Position numbers and translations under genes: made by a program
Shown here: positions 16,713 to 26,338 of the stretch, piece by piece
How positions within the stretch are numbered: the stretch's first letter is position 1
Layout of the letters: every line of letters starts with the position of its first letter
Source: Candidatus Saccharimonadota bacterium
GTDB lineage: Bacteria > Patescibacteriota > Saccharimonadia > Saccharimonadales > Saccharimonadaceae
Direction of reading: 5' to 3'
Assembly: GCA_030645815.1 (NCBI GenBank)
Contig: JAUSMW010000149.1
Location: 22,510-86,509, forward strand
Length of the DNA stretch: 64,000 nucleotides
Notes under the pieces: model-generated
What the model was told of the DNA's origin: nothing
The model's input: the letters and a program-made list of their open reading frames with translations, nothing else
Databases searched by the model: none

Positions 16713-17635
16713 TGTCTGACATTCACCCGTTAGTCATTATTGGCGCAGGTCCGTCTGCGCTTGCAGCGGCCGTGTATACTTCACGCGAAGATATCGACAC
16801 TACTTTGTATGAAAAAGGTGTAATTGGTGGCTTGGCAGCAATAACTGACCAGGTAGACAATTACCCCGGCTTTGCCGAAGGTATAGAAGGCTTGAAACTG
16901 GCAGAACAACTACAAGCTCAAGCTGAACGCTTTGGTGCAAAAATTGAGTTTGGTGATGTACAAGCTATTACTGATAGTGGTGACCACAAAGTTTTAAAAA
17001 TTGATGGCAATGATATATTGGCCAAGGTCGTACTGATTGCAACTGGTTGTGATTACAAGAAAATTGGCGTTCCTGGTGAAGCAGAGTACTTTGGCCGCGG
17101 CGTTCATTATTGTGCAACATGTGATGGTGCATTTTATCGCGACAAAAAACTAGTTGTGGTCGGTGGCGGTAACTCTGCTCTGCAAGAAGCACTGTTTTTG
17201 ACTCGTTTTACAACTCACATTGATTTACTAGTTCGTTCTACCATCAAAGCCAGCGAAGTATTGCAGCATGATCTAGACAAGGCTGTCAGCGAAGGTAAAA
17301 TAACAGTCCACCTCAACACTACGACCGACGAGATTGTCGCTACCGATAATATAGTTAACAAGGTGTTAGCCACAAAAGATGGTGAAAAAACCGAAATTGA
17401 AACAGATGGGGTGTTTGTGTTTGTAGGACTATTGCCAAATACACAATTCTTACAGAGCTCAAGTGTAGACTTAGATGAACAGAACTTTATAAAAACAGAT
17501 GGCAAATTAAAAACTAGCATACCCGGAGTATTCGCTAGCGGCGATGTTCGTAGCGGCGCAACTATGCAAATTGCTAGTGCGGTTGGCGAAGGTGCCACCG
17601 CAGCGCTGAATATTCGTGAATATTTAGAGTCATAA
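16712..17635 (+). CDS. trxB: Thioredoxin-disulfide reductase
   Basis: GAGPSALAAAVY (FAD), the redox CATCDG, and VVGGGNSALQEA (NADPH). TAATG overlap with the grx gene. Confidence 0.92.
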   Translation: MSDIHPLVIIGAGPSALAAAVYTSREDIDTTLYEKGVIGGLAAITDQVDNYPGFAEGIEGLKLAEQLQAQAERFGAKIEFGDVQAITDSGDHKVLKIDGNDILAKVVLIATGCDYKKIGVPGEAEYFGRGVHYCATCDGAFYRDKKLVVVGGGNSALQEALFLTRFTTHIDLLVRSTIKASEVLQHDLDKAVSEGKITVHLNTTTDEIVATDNIVNKVLATKDGEKTEIETDGVFVFVGLLPNTQFLQSSSVDLDEQNFIKTDGKLKTSIPGVFASGDVRSGATMQIASAVGEGATAALNIREYLES

Positions 17636-17700
17636 AAAGCGAACACCCCGCCTGATACCTGGAGGCACCAGGGAGGTGTCTGCGACAGGTAGGGCGGGGT
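17634..17700 (-). terminator. Long G+C-rich hairpin downstream of the 17700-18008 orphan gene
   Basis: ACCCCGCC (17645-17652) pairs with GGCGGGGT (17693-17700). An inner stem is TACCTG/CAGGTA. On the minus strand GTTCGC-TTTTT follows, so the T-run is 6 nt from the stem. Confidence 0.4.
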
Positions 17701-18008
17701 TAGGGGCTTTGCACCAAGACGGTGTAAGACCTGAAAGATGCATCTTGCGCCTTGTTGAGGAATGCGAGAAATTCCGCAACCTCTTCTGTAGGCAGCTTGA
17801 CACGAGCCTTGAGGAGGATAACAACCTCTTCCTGGATACCGGCTGCTGAGGCAATGTGCCCAACAACCTTTGTCTGAACATTGTTATCCCATTGGTAAAC
17901 GTGTTCGAATGAACGCTGGGCCGCGACTTTGATTGGTATCAAAAACACGTCCTGGCTGACTTCACCCCCAACGTCAATGGAAGTAAATACGTCTATTTCA
18001 AACAGCAT
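17700..18008 (-). CDS. Hypothetical 102-aa protein (G+C-rich orphan)
   Basis: This is the most protein-like of three overlapping frames and has its own hairpin downstream. No motif recognised. Confidence 0.45.
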   Translation of the reverse strand: MLFEIDVFTSIDVGGEVSQDVFLIPIKVAAQRSFEHVYQWDNNVQTKVVGHIASAAGIQEEVVILLKARVKLPTEEVAEFLAFLNKAQDASFRSYTVLVQSP

Positions 18009-18114
18009 TAGTTTCTCTCTGTTCTTTGTAGGTGCTATAACGAAGTTTTCGCAATCAGAACTCTAACAAGAGCTTGTTATTTATTATAGCGTAAATTTAT
18101 ATAAATGTCAATAT

Positions 18115-19092
18115 CTAGGTAATATTATCTTTGTAGAAATTCTCGAGCTGTGAAATTACTTTTTTATCATTGGTTTCTAACTCTACCTCACGTGTACCTA
18201 GCCGTACGCCGCTATAGCTAAAATTATGACTGCCTGTTAGTGCTACTTTCGAGCCGTCATGCATAGTGAATACGATAAATTTTCCGTGTAGATAGTTTTG
18301 TTTTTTGTATCTAGATTTTAGACCAGTTGTCAGCCTACTGTAGCGCAGCATAATATTAGTCCAGCGGTGAGAATTTTTTGGTTGATTGTAGTAGACTACA
18401 GCTTTTTTATAACGTAGCACTTTTGCCAGCTTGCCAGTTGGGCAATATTGTGACACAAACAATATAGATTGTGATTGCTGTGCTAACTCGACAGCACGCT
18501 CATATATCATAGACTCGTTTTTTTGCCCGCTATCTATTAGTAGGTTGCCATAGCCTAGTTGCCTGTAAAAGCCAGAATAATCTGTCGGGTCTCGGTCGGT
18601 TTGCACAATTTTTTTGTGTTCGTTCGCTAGTAAATCAGCTAGCTTGCCATCACGGACCTTGAACATATAGTCCGTATTTTTTGCACCTTTGCCATACATA
18701 TTAACGCCTCCAAAACAATAAATGGTGTCGTCAACAATTGTCCATTTGACATGGGTCACGCCTGCAAATGGGTTAATCCGCCAATTGCCGCCTAGCCAAC
18801 GGAACTCGGCGCCATTAGACCGCAGCTTGTTAGCGAGCTTTTTGGCTGCGCGGCTGTTGTGGTGTAATCGCTTGAACGGCGAAAAGTAGCCACCAAACGC
18901 ACTAAAGGTAAAAGTGTCTGCTGCGATGCTAACATCGACACCTTTTTTGGCGGCAATAACGAGATTATCCATAAACTCTTCTGTCCCCGATTCACGGGAT
19001 ATACACAGGGTCATCACAATCACTCGCTTTTTGCTGCGAGCTATTGCCTCCGACGCGTCGGCTATATAGTCTGATGTAGTGAGAAGTTTCAT
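18115..19092 (-). CDS. Phospholipase D-family protein with two HKD motifs
   Basis: HKD motifs THVKWTIVDD and LHGKFIVF...GSHNFS. 325 aa with no TM segment seen. Confidence 0.8.
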   Translation of the reverse strand: MKLLTTSDYIADASEAIARSKKRVIVMTLCISRESGTEEFMDNLVIAAKKGVDVSIAADTFTFSAFGGYFSPFKRLHHNSRAAKKLANKLRSNGAEFRWLGGNWRINPFAGVTHVKWTIVDDTIYCFGGVNMYGKGAKNTDYMFKVRDGKLADLLANEHKKIVQTDRDPTDYSGFYRQLGYGNLLIDSGQKNESMIYERAVELAQQSQSILFVSQYCPTGKLAKVLRYKKAVVYYNQPKNSHRWTNIMLRYSRLTTGLKSRYKKQNYLHGKFIVFTMHDGSKVALTGSHNFSYSGVRLGTREVELETNDKKVISQLENFYKDNIT

Positions 19093-19134
19093 GATAAAAT
19101 ACTGATAACATTATAACGCACCAGGAGAAACAAA

Positions 19135-19665
19135 ATGGCAGATTTTAATCAAATACTCGATGCAGGCGACGTTCAGGCGGGCATCATCAATACAGTTGTA
19201 GAGATTCCAAAGTGGTCAACGCTGAAGATTGAATGGAACCGAGAACTTGCAGTATTTGAACTGGACCGAGTCGAGCCAAGTATTTTTGCAAAGCCAGTAA
19301 ACTATGGCTTTATCCCACAGACGCTAGATGAAGATGGTGATGAGCTAGATACGCTGATTATCACAAACGACCCAATCCCAACGGGCGTGTATCTAAAAGG
19401 TCGTGTCATTGGTGTGATGAAATTTGTTGATGATGGCGAAGTCGATGACAAAATAATCGTTGTACCGGCAGATGACCGTAACACTGGCGATCAGATAAAC
19501 TCTATTGACGACGTCCACGAACAGTGGAAGCAAAAAGTAGAACACCATTTCAACCACTACAAAGATTTGAAAAAACCTGGTAGTACCAAGGTTGAGAGTT
19601 GGGGCGGAGTGCAGGAAGCCAAGAAAGTAATAAACGAGTCTATCGAGCGTTGGAAGAACCAATAG
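19135..19665 (+). CDS. ppa: Inorganic diphosphatase (family I)
   Basis: ...VVEIPKWSTLKIEW...YGFIPQTLDEDGDELDTLI...VDDGEVDDKIIVVPADD. Confidence 0.9.
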   Translation: MADFNQILDAGDVQAGIINTVVEIPKWSTLKIEWNRELAVFELDRVEPSIFAKPVNYGFIPQTLDEDGDELDTLIITNDPIPTGVYLKGRVIGVMKFVDDGEVDDKIIVVPADDRNTGDQINSIDDVHEQWKQKVEHHFNHYKDLKKPGSTKVESWGGVQEAKKVINESIERWKNQ

Positions 19666-19679
19666 TAAAAGGAGGTGGT

Positions 19680-20126
19680 ATGAGCGAAATATTTGGACTG
19701 ATATTCACGGTATTATTCTTAGCTGTGCTTGTTGGAGCTCTCATATATTATTTTATTTCTGAAAAGAAACGAAAAGACTCGCAGTGGGTTGGTGTTGTTA
19801 TTGATAAGAATATTCGCGAAACAGTACACGATGATAGTAATTCACATAGAGATAGTGGCGGCGGGATTAATATAATCAGTATTAGTGCAAACGATCGCTC
19901 AGGGCCTGTAGTTACCCATAGGTTTGAACTGACAATAAAAACCGACACCGGAGAACAGATTAACAATTGGGAGGTTACTAGCGGTTCGTATGAATTAATA
20001 AATATTGGTGACCGATGCAAGAAAAACAAGGGGACAAATGTTTTAGAACCTTTGAAAAAAACAGAGCCTATTCAATCTGAAACACCACCTACAACTACAC
20101 CGCCTCCAGTTCCACCGCAGGTATAA
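19680..20126 (+). CDS. Membrane-anchored hypothetical protein with a Pro-rich C-terminal tail
   Basis: The ATG at 19680 is preceded by GGAGGTGG. N-terminal TM IFGLIFTVLFLAVLVGALIYYF and C-terminus ETPPTTTPPPVPPQV. The ORF-track start at 19599 lies inside ppa. Confidence 0.55.
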   Translation: MSEIFGLIFTVLFLAVLVGALIYYFISEKKRKDSQWVGVVIDKNIRETVHDDSNSHRDSGGGINIISISANDRSGPVVTHRFELTIKTDTGEQINNWEVTSGSYELINIGDRCKKNKGTNVLEPLKKTEPIQSETPPTTTPPPVPPQV

Positions 20127-20133
20127 TTAAAAT

Positions 20134-21681
20134 TTATTTAATACTTTTTCTAGCTTTGCGAACGGCCTTGTCGCGAATAATCGCACTAGCACTAGTCAAT
20201 GTTTCGATAATCCCTAGTTGCTTCAGTTGAGCGCGCAATTTATTGCGAGCATGAACAGTTGTCACCAAGTCCATCCAGGCTTGGCGAGGCAGGGACAATT
20301 TACGCGTCACAACCTCTATCACATCGCCATTATGTAGCTTGCGGTCAAATGGTGCAATGTTGCCGTTGATACGAAAACTGTAGGCATGTTTACCGATGTC
20401 GCTATGAACAAGATAGGCGAAATCTAGTGGCAGGGCGCCTTGTGGCAGATTATAAATATCGCCTTTTGGTGAATACACAAAAATGCGCTGGTCGAACAAA
20501 TCAACCTTGAGCTCGTCAAAAGCTACTTCATCACCCTCGCTCAATTTGTCGGCGACTTCTTGCATTTGTGAAATCCACTGCAGCTGGGCGGGTAGAGTGC
20601 TGGTACCACGTTTCTTTTTGTAATCTTTGGCCTGTTTTTGTTCGTGATAATGAAAGCTGGCAGCCAAACCGCGTTCGGCATATTCGTGCATTTTGCGTGT
20701 GCGCACCTGGAACTCCACAACTTGTTTTGTTGGTGTGATGACTGTTGTGTGCAAACTCTGGTAGCCATTTGGTTTTGGTGCTGCGATGTAATCTTTGATA
20801 CGACCGAGCATTGGCTGATACTGACTGTGCAGCATACCTAAAACCCTGTAACAGGTTTCTTGGTCCTCAACTATTATGCGTAGGGCAATCAGGTCATAAA
20901 TATCGTCTATGTTGTCATCTGTTTTTTCTAGCTTGCGTTTGAGGCTGTAGATACTTTTCACTCGACCATCCATTTCGTGTGTGATACCTTGGCGAGTCAA
21001 TTCTTCGGAAAACTCTTTGCGAACGACCGCTAGTTTACGGTGGGATTTACCTAAACGGTCTTTCATAATTTTACGCAGACGTCGAAATTCTTTTGGCTCC
21101 AAAAAGCTAAAGGCCAATTCTTCCATTTGCATACGGACGCGTCCCATACCTAGGCGGTCGGCCATTGGCGCAAAAACCTCCAAGCTCTCGCGCGCAATTT
21201 TGAGTTGTTTGTCGCGAGGCATATGTTCGAGAGTTTGTAAGTTGTGCAAGCGGTCAGCTAGTTTAATGATAATAACTCGGAGGTCTTGGCCGACCGCGAT
21301 CAGTAGTTTTGATAAATTGTCGCGGGTACTAGGTAGATAGCTGTCGATATCGCGCATACCAGCACGTGCTTGACCAACCTTTGTCACACCATCGACTAGA
21401 AATGCGACATCATGGCCAAAAGAGCTCTCTATTTTTTCTAATGTCAGCTCGGTGTCTTCGACGGTGTCGTGCAGGACTCCTGCAATCACAGTATCGATAT
21501 CCATACCCCATTCAATCAAGGTGTTGGCCACGTTTAGTGGGTGAGCAACATATTCTTCACCACTACGACGTTTTTGGCCTTCATGTGCTGTAATGGCTGT
21601 GTCAATTGCTAGCTCCAGCTCTAACACTTCATTTTTGTCGTAATGTGGTTCGGCGCTTTTGAGGACATCTCGCTTTTTCAT
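20134..21681 (-). CDS. rel: Bifunctional (p)ppGpp synthetase/hydrolase (Rel/SpoT homolog), short form
   Basis: HD domain (HPLNVA...GVLHDTVEDT), synthetase domain (RVKSIYSLKRKL...DLIALRIIV...YQSLHT) and TGS domain (IFVYSPKGDIYNLPQGALPLDFAYLVHSDIG). The protein ends about 45 aa after TGS. Confidence 0.9.
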   Translation of the reverse strand: MKKRDVLKSAEPHYDKNEVLELELAIDTAITAHEGQKRRSGEEYVAHPLNVANTLIEWGMDIDTVIAGVLHDTVEDTELTLEKIESSFGHDVAFLVDGVTKVGQARAGMRDIDSYLPSTRDNLSKLLIAVGQDLRVIIIKLADRLHNLQTLEHMPRDKQLKIARESLEVFAPMADRLGMGRVRMQMEELAFSFLEPKEFRRLRKIMKDRLGKSHRKLAVVRKEFSEELTRQGITHEMDGRVKSIYSLKRKLEKTDDNIDDIYDLIALRIIVEDQETCYRVLGMLHSQYQPMLGRIKDYIAAPKPNGYQSLHTTVITPTKQVVEFQVRTRKMHEYAERGLAASFHYHEQKQAKDYKKKRGTSTLPAQLQWISQMQEVADKLSEGDEVAFDELKVDLFDQRIFVYSPKGDIYNLPQGALPLDFAYLVHSDIGKHAYSFRINGNIAPFDRKLHNGDVIEVVTRKLSLPRQAWMDLVTTVHARNKLRAQLKQLGIIETLTSASAIIRDKAVRKARKSIK

Positions 21682-21699
21682 AATTTAATTATACGACAA

Positions 21700-21737
21700 A
21701 AGAAAAAGCGGTGTGGAATTGTTACATTCCACACCGC
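21700..21737 (-). terminator. Rho-independent terminator of the 21754-22125 orphan gene
   Basis: A perfect 12-bp stem GCGGTGTGGAAT (21708-21719) / ATTCCACACCGC (21726-21737), followed on the minus strand by TTTTTCTTTT. Confidence 0.75.
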
Positions 21738-21753
21738 GCAGCCTGAAGCTGAT

Positions 21754-22125
21754 TTAGGCCATAAGCCCAAGATTCAGTAGTTGCCCGAAGCTAGGAGCTT
21801 CCAGCTGCATTGAATCGTGCACGATTGCCCCGACTGTGTTTACAAAAGCCCATCCACCGTGAATGTCTCGTAAAACCATCAGGTAGCGCTTGCTGAGCAT
21901 TGGCTCAACAAAGTCTTCATCGAGCACGACCAGGATTAAGCCCGCAGGCTCTCGAACCTCGTTGTTGATGACAAGGTATGGCTTGCAGGTGTAGGTGATG
22001 GCGTAGCTCTCTCGGACGAAAATATCTATCGAGAGCTCTTTCCAGCCGTGCCAATCTGTTGCTGCACGGCGGGCAATCACCTCCATCTCATGTTGGTCAA
22101 ATGTGGGTTGTACTACAGTATGCAT
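21754..22125 (-). CDS. Hypothetical 123-aa protein (G+C-rich orphan)
   Basis: The ATG at 22125 is preceded by AGGAAGGA with 7-nt spacing. The TTG at 22161 used by the ORF track has no SD. No motif recognised. Confidence 0.5.
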   Translation of the reverse strand: MHTVVQPTFDQHEMEVIARRAATDWHGWKELSIDIFVRESYAITYTCKPYLVINNEVREPAGLILVVLDEDFVEPMLSKRYLMVLRDIHGGWAFVNTVGAIVHDSMQLEAPSFGQLLNLGLMA

Positions 22126-22274
22126 AACCCATTCCTTCCTACGACTGTTGTGGTTTGACAATACGTAAAAACTAGTACTATTCTAGTATATATTATATTT
22201 ATTGTCAAGTATTGGAATAGTTATGTATATGATACAATATCTCTAAATAATACTAATGCTTATAGGAGTGGCTA

Positions 22275-23294
22275 GTGTCTAAAACAAAAGTAGCAATTAA
22301 TGGTTTTGGTAGAATTGGCCGCAATGCCTTCAAGATTGCATTTGAACGCAGCGATCTCGAAATCGTCGCAATAAATGATTTGACTGACAATAAGACGCTC
22401 GCGCACTTGTTAAAACACGATAGTTCATATGGTACATACGAACACGAGGTTGGCTTTGATGATGACGGGATAACTGTTGATGGACAGAAAATCAAAATAT
22501 TGGCTGAAAAAGAACCAGCTAGCCTACCTTGGGGCGACCTAGGCGTCGACATTGTCATCGAGAGTACAGGCTTTTTTGTAAAGCCAGAGCTAGCTCAAGC
22601 CCACATAGATGGCGGTGGAGCTAAAAAAGTCGTTATATCTGCCCCAGCAAAGGGCGATGGCGCTGACACAATTGTACTAGGTGTCAATGAAGACAAAATC
22701 GCTACTTCTACAGACGTTGTCAGCAACGCGAGCTGTACAACGAATTGTATTACACCTGTTATGGCAGTGCTCGAGAGTAATTTTGGCATCGAAAAAGCCA
22801 TGATGACGACCGTTCACAGCTATACTGCGAGCCAAAAACTTCAGGATGCTCCGGCCAAAGATTTACGTGAAGCCCGTGCCGCAGCACAAAATATCGTGCC
22901 AACAACGACTGGCGCATCAATTGCAGCTGCTAAAGCCTTGCCGGCATTGGACGGTATATTCGGTGGCCTAAGCGTCCGTGTACCTACGCCAGTTGTCAGT
23001 ATGAGCGATTTTGTAGTACTGATAAAACGCGACACAACTGTTGATGAAATCAAAGAAGTCTTTAAAAAAGCCGCAAAGCAGCCATTTTACCAAGGCATCC
23101 TGGCCGCCACAGAGGAAGACTTAGTTTCGAGCGATTTCAAGGGCAACTCACACAGTGCAATCGTCGATTTAAATCTCACAAATGTCGTCGGCGGAAATCT
23201 AATAAAAGTAGTTGCATGGTATGACAACGAATGGGGTTATAGCAACCGATTGATTGAACTGACAGCCGACATCGGTAAAACGTTGCAGAGCTAA
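22275..23294 (+). CDS. gap: Type I glyceraldehyde-3-phosphate dehydrogenase
   Basis: GTG start after AGGAG. NGFGRIGRN and the active site SNASCTTN. Confidence 0.95.
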   Translation: MSKTKVAINGFGRIGRNAFKIAFERSDLEIVAINDLTDNKTLAHLLKHDSSYGTYEHEVGFDDDGITVDGQKIKILAEKEPASLPWGDLGVDIVIESTGFFVKPELAQAHIDGGGAKKVVISAPAKGDGADTIVLGVNEDKIATSTDVVSNASCTTNCITPVMAVLESNFGIEKAMMTTVHSYTASQKLQDAPAKDLREARAAAQNIVPTTTGASIAAAKALPALDGIFGGLSVRVPTPVVSMSDFVVLIKRDTTVDEIKEVFKKAAKQPFYQGILAATEEDLVSSDFKGNSHSAIVDLNLTNVVGGNLIKVVAWYDNEWGYSNRLIELTADIGKTLQS

Positions 23295-23323
23295 GCCAAA
23301 ACGCTTATACTAATTGGTAGATT

Positions 23324-23776
23324 ATGAAGATTTATTTGGGCAGTGATCACAATGGCTTTCATCTCAAGGAAGATGTGTTTGCTTATCTGTCCAAGCGTGG
23401 CATTGATACAGAAGACGTAGGTGACGCAGTTTTAGATAAAGAAGACGACTTTCCACAATTCGCTGCCAAGGCTGCTATAAAAGTTTTGGGAAGCGAGGAC
23501 GAAGATGCACGAGCAATCTTACTATGTGGTGGAGCTCAGGGTATGAGTATGGCCGCTAACCGATTTGATGGTATACGAGCCAGTGTCGTGTGGGACGCAC
23601 ATGAGGCAAAAATAACCCGAAATGACAATGACAGCAATGTATTGTGTCTACCATCTAGAATTTTGGACGACGAACCCGAGCAATGGCAAAACATAATAGA
23701 TACGTGGTTAGGTACTCCGTTTGCAAACGCCGAACGGTACCGACGGCGAAATCATCAATTGGATAATTTACGATGA
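23324..23776 (+). CDS. rpiB: Ribose-5-phosphate isomerase B (RpiB/LacAB family)
   Basis: MKIYLGSDHNGFHLKE...ILLCGGAQGMSMAANR...NDNDSNVLCLPSR. Confidence 0.88.
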   Translation: MKIYLGSDHNGFHLKEDVFAYLSKRGIDTEDVGDAVLDKEDDFPQFAAKAAIKVLGSEDEDARAILLCGGAQGMSMAANRFDGIRASVVWDAHEAKITRNDNDSNVLCLPSRILDDEPEQWQNIIDTWLGTPFANAERYRRRNHQLDNLR

Positions 23777-24447
23777 GTATAGTAGTACCAGCTATAACCG
23801 AGCAAAACGTAGAGGATGTTAACGCCGAGTGGCTGAGGATGCAACCTTTTGCTAGTCGAATACATCTGGACCTGATGGATGGTCAATTTGCTCCCGGTCA
23901 GCCAATCCCTATAGGAGATTTATCATGGTCCGAGGGCTGGCAGGTAGATATGCATTTAATGTACCAAAACCCAAATGAGCAACTAGCGGCTATTACTGCT
24001 ATGAACCCAAAGCCAAGCTTGGTCGTATTTCATGCCGAGGCGGATGGGGATTTATTAGCGTTTACCCAAGGCTTAAAGGATGCTGGTATAAAAGTAGGCA
24101 TTGCATTGATGCGGGCTACTGTACCTGCCGACAAAGCAGATTTGATAAACGCTGTTGATCACGTCTTGATTTTTAGTGGCGACCTAGGCAAACATGGCGG
24201 GAAGGCTAATATGTTGCAACTAGAGAAAGTACAACTGATTCATAAAATCAATGACGCAGTTGAGATAGGCTGGGATGGTGGTGCAAATGTCGACAATTCT
24301 TATACCCTTGCGTTAGGTGGTATAGATGTAATTAATGTTGGCCATGCGTTGGCTGACGTTCAAGACCCAGAAGAAGTCTATCGAAAGTTTGACTTTGAAG
24401 TTCACCGCAAAGACCTGCTCAAGAAAAAGAAAGAAGAAAAGGCCTAG
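23773..24447 (+). CDS. Ribulose-phosphate 3-epimerase-like TIM-barrel protein (divergent)
   Basis: Aligns by eye to Rpe blocks: IHLDLMDGQFAPG, VDMHLMY, VVFHAEA, IGWDGGA. The usual PGFGGQ block is degenerate (GDLGKHGGKA). ATGA overlap with rpiB. Confidence 0.65.
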   Translation: MSIVVPAITEQNVEDVNAEWLRMQPFASRIHLDLMDGQFAPGQPIPIGDLSWSEGWQVDMHLMYQNPNEQLAAITAMNPKPSLVVFHAEADGDLLAFTQGLKDAGIKVGIALMRATVPADKADLINAVDHVLIFSGDLGKHGGKANMLQLEKVQLIHKINDAVEIGWDGGANVDNSYTLALGGIDVINVGHALADVQDPEEVYRKFDFEVHRKDLLKKKKEEKA

Positions 24448-24452
24448 TAACT

Positions 24453-25334
24453 ATGGGTGGGAGATTAACAACCAAACAACTAGAGGCAAAAGCTGAAACA
24501 ATTCGTGAAGATATAATCGCGATGCTAGAAGAAGCCGGTTCTGGCCACAGTGCCGGCCCACTAGGCTTGGCCGATATATTTGCTGCATTGTATTTTGATA
24601 TTTTGAAAATCGACCCTAGCAATCCATCGTGGGATGAACGCGACAGGCTGTTACTGTCAAACGGCCACTGTGTACCTGTGCAATATGCGGCTATGGCAGA
24701 AGCAGGGTTTTTCGAACGTGACGAACTAATGACTCTCAGAAAACTTGGGTCTAGGTTGCAGGGCCACCCCGAACGTGAAAAACTACCAGGTTTAGAAACA
24801 ACTTCTGGGCCACTAGGCTCGGGTCTATCACAAGCTGCTGGTATGGCATATGTCATGGAAAATATCGATAAAACGCGCGACCAGTGGGTTTATGTTGTGA
24901 TGGGTGACGGTGAACTGGACGAAGGTAATATCTGGGAGGCAGCAATGTTTGCTGGCAAAAACAAACTTTCACGTCTAATTGGTATTGTTGACCGCAACAA
25001 TATCCAGATTGATGGTCCTACAGAATCCGTCATGCCACTCGAGGACCTCAAGGGTAAATGGGAGTCGTTCGGTTGGCACGTTCAGGAAATTGATGGCAAT
25101 AATATTGAAAGTATTATCGATGGTGTTGCGATGGCGCGTTCGATTACTAATCGGCCCAGTGTAATAATTGCACATACTGTCCCGGGTAAAGGTGTTGATT
25201 TTATGGAATATGATTACCATTGGCATGGTTATTTTGTCGACACCCCAGGTGGTCCATCTAAAAATGAAGTTGCAAAAGAAGCCATAGCCAAGCTACGCAG
25301 TCTCAACGGCAAAATAAAAGGAGAACACGAATGA
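24453..25334 (+). CDS. Transketolase, N-terminal (ThDP-binding) subunit
   Basis: SGHSAGPLG...GDGELDEGNIWEA (the ThDP GDG...N motif). Split-gene form. Confidence 0.9.
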   Translation: MGGRLTTKQLEAKAETIREDIIAMLEEAGSGHSAGPLGLADIFAALYFDILKIDPSNPSWDERDRLLLSNGHCVPVQYAAMAEAGFFERDELMTLRKLGSRLQGHPEREKLPGLETTSGPLGSGLSQAAGMAYVMENIDKTRDQWVYVVMGDGELDEGNIWEAAMFAGKNKLSRLIGIVDRNNIQIDGPTESVMPLEDLKGKWESFGWHVQEIDGNNIESIIDGVAMARSITNRPSVIIAHTVPGKGVDFMEYDYHWHGYFVDTPGGPSKNEVAKEAIAKLRSLNGKIKGEHE

Positions 25335-26329
25335 GCGACTTTGCCTTAAATCCGAAATTATACGACCAGGACGTCGAACAAGAACCAATTCGTGCTGGTT
25401 TCGGCCGTGGTCTCAAAGCTGCAGGTGAGAAAAACGAACAAATTGTTGCTTTGTGCGCCGATTTGACAGAATCAACCCAAATGCATCATTTTCGCGATGC
25501 ATTCCCAGAGCGTTTTATTGAAATTGGCGTAGCCGAGCAAAACCTGGTGACAGTCGCCAGTGGTATGGCTGCTATGGGCAAGATTCCGTTTACATCTAGC
25601 TACGCAGCATTTAGCCCTGGTCGTAACTGGGAGCAAATTCGCACAACTATCGCACTAAATAACCAGCCTGTGAGGATTGTTGGCTCACACGCTGGTATAT
25701 CTGTAGGGCCAGACGGCGCAACCCACCAAATGCTAGAAGACATTGCCTTGATGCGCGTTATGCCAAATATGGTCGTTATAGCACCAGGTGACGCAAAAGA
25801 AGCAGAAAAGGCAACTTTAGCTTTGGCAGAAGACAGCCGTCCGGCATATATACGACTGGCTCGTGAAAAAACACCGATTTTTAGTACCGACGAAGCACCA
25901 TTCGAAATCGGCAAAGCTCATGTTCTGCGTGACGGCCGAGATATAACGTTACTAGGCACTGGTACAATGACCTATCAGTTACTAGTCGCAGCGAATATAT
26001 TAGCTCAGGAGGGGATTGAAGCTGAGGTAGTACATGTGCCGACCATCAAGCCGCTAGATGACCACACTATATTGGCATCACTTCGTAAAACTGGCCGTGC
26101 CTTAACCGCCGAAGAAGCCCAGAGAGATGGTGGATTTGGTGGTGCGGTATCAGAACTACTGAGCTCTAAATTGCCTATGCCTTTAAAGCGTATAGGTATG
26201 AGGGACCGTTTTGGTGAAAGTGGTGATCCAAATGAGTTATTACAAAAATTCGAACTAACGAGTGAGAGTATTGTATACAAAGCTCGTACATTTGTTCACA
26301 GTATTCCACAATACAGGCAGGGATTTTAA
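25331..26329 (+). CDS. Transketolase, C-terminal (pyrimidine-binding) subunit
   Basis: ...FIEIGVAEQNLVTVASGMA...GPDGATHQMLEDIALMR... ATGA overlap with the N-terminal subunit gene. Confidence 0.9.
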   Translation: MSDFALNPKLYDQDVEQEPIRAGFGRGLKAAGEKNEQIVALCADLTESTQMHHFRDAFPERFIEIGVAEQNLVTVASGMAAMGKIPFTSSYAAFSPGRNWEQIRTTIALNNQPVRIVGSHAGISVGPDGATHQMLEDIALMRVMPNMVVIAPGDAKEAEKATLALAEDSRPAYIRLAREKTPIFSTDEAPFEIGKAHVLRDGRDITLLGTGTMTYQLLVAANILAQEGIEAEVVHVPTIKPLDDHTILASLRKTGRALTAEEAQRDGGFGGAVSELLSSKLPMPLKRIGMRDRFGESGDPNELLQKFELTSESIVYKARTFVHSIPQYRQGF

Positions 26330-26338
26330 GGAGGCAAC

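Noticed and set aside
17630-17881. An 83-aa minus-strand ORF overlapping the 102-aa orphan in another frame.
   Set aside because: It has an Arg/Ser/Leu-rich shadow-like sequence, and its 3' end runs through the long hairpin into trxB. The 102-aa frame is more protein-like, though it is still only moderately supported.
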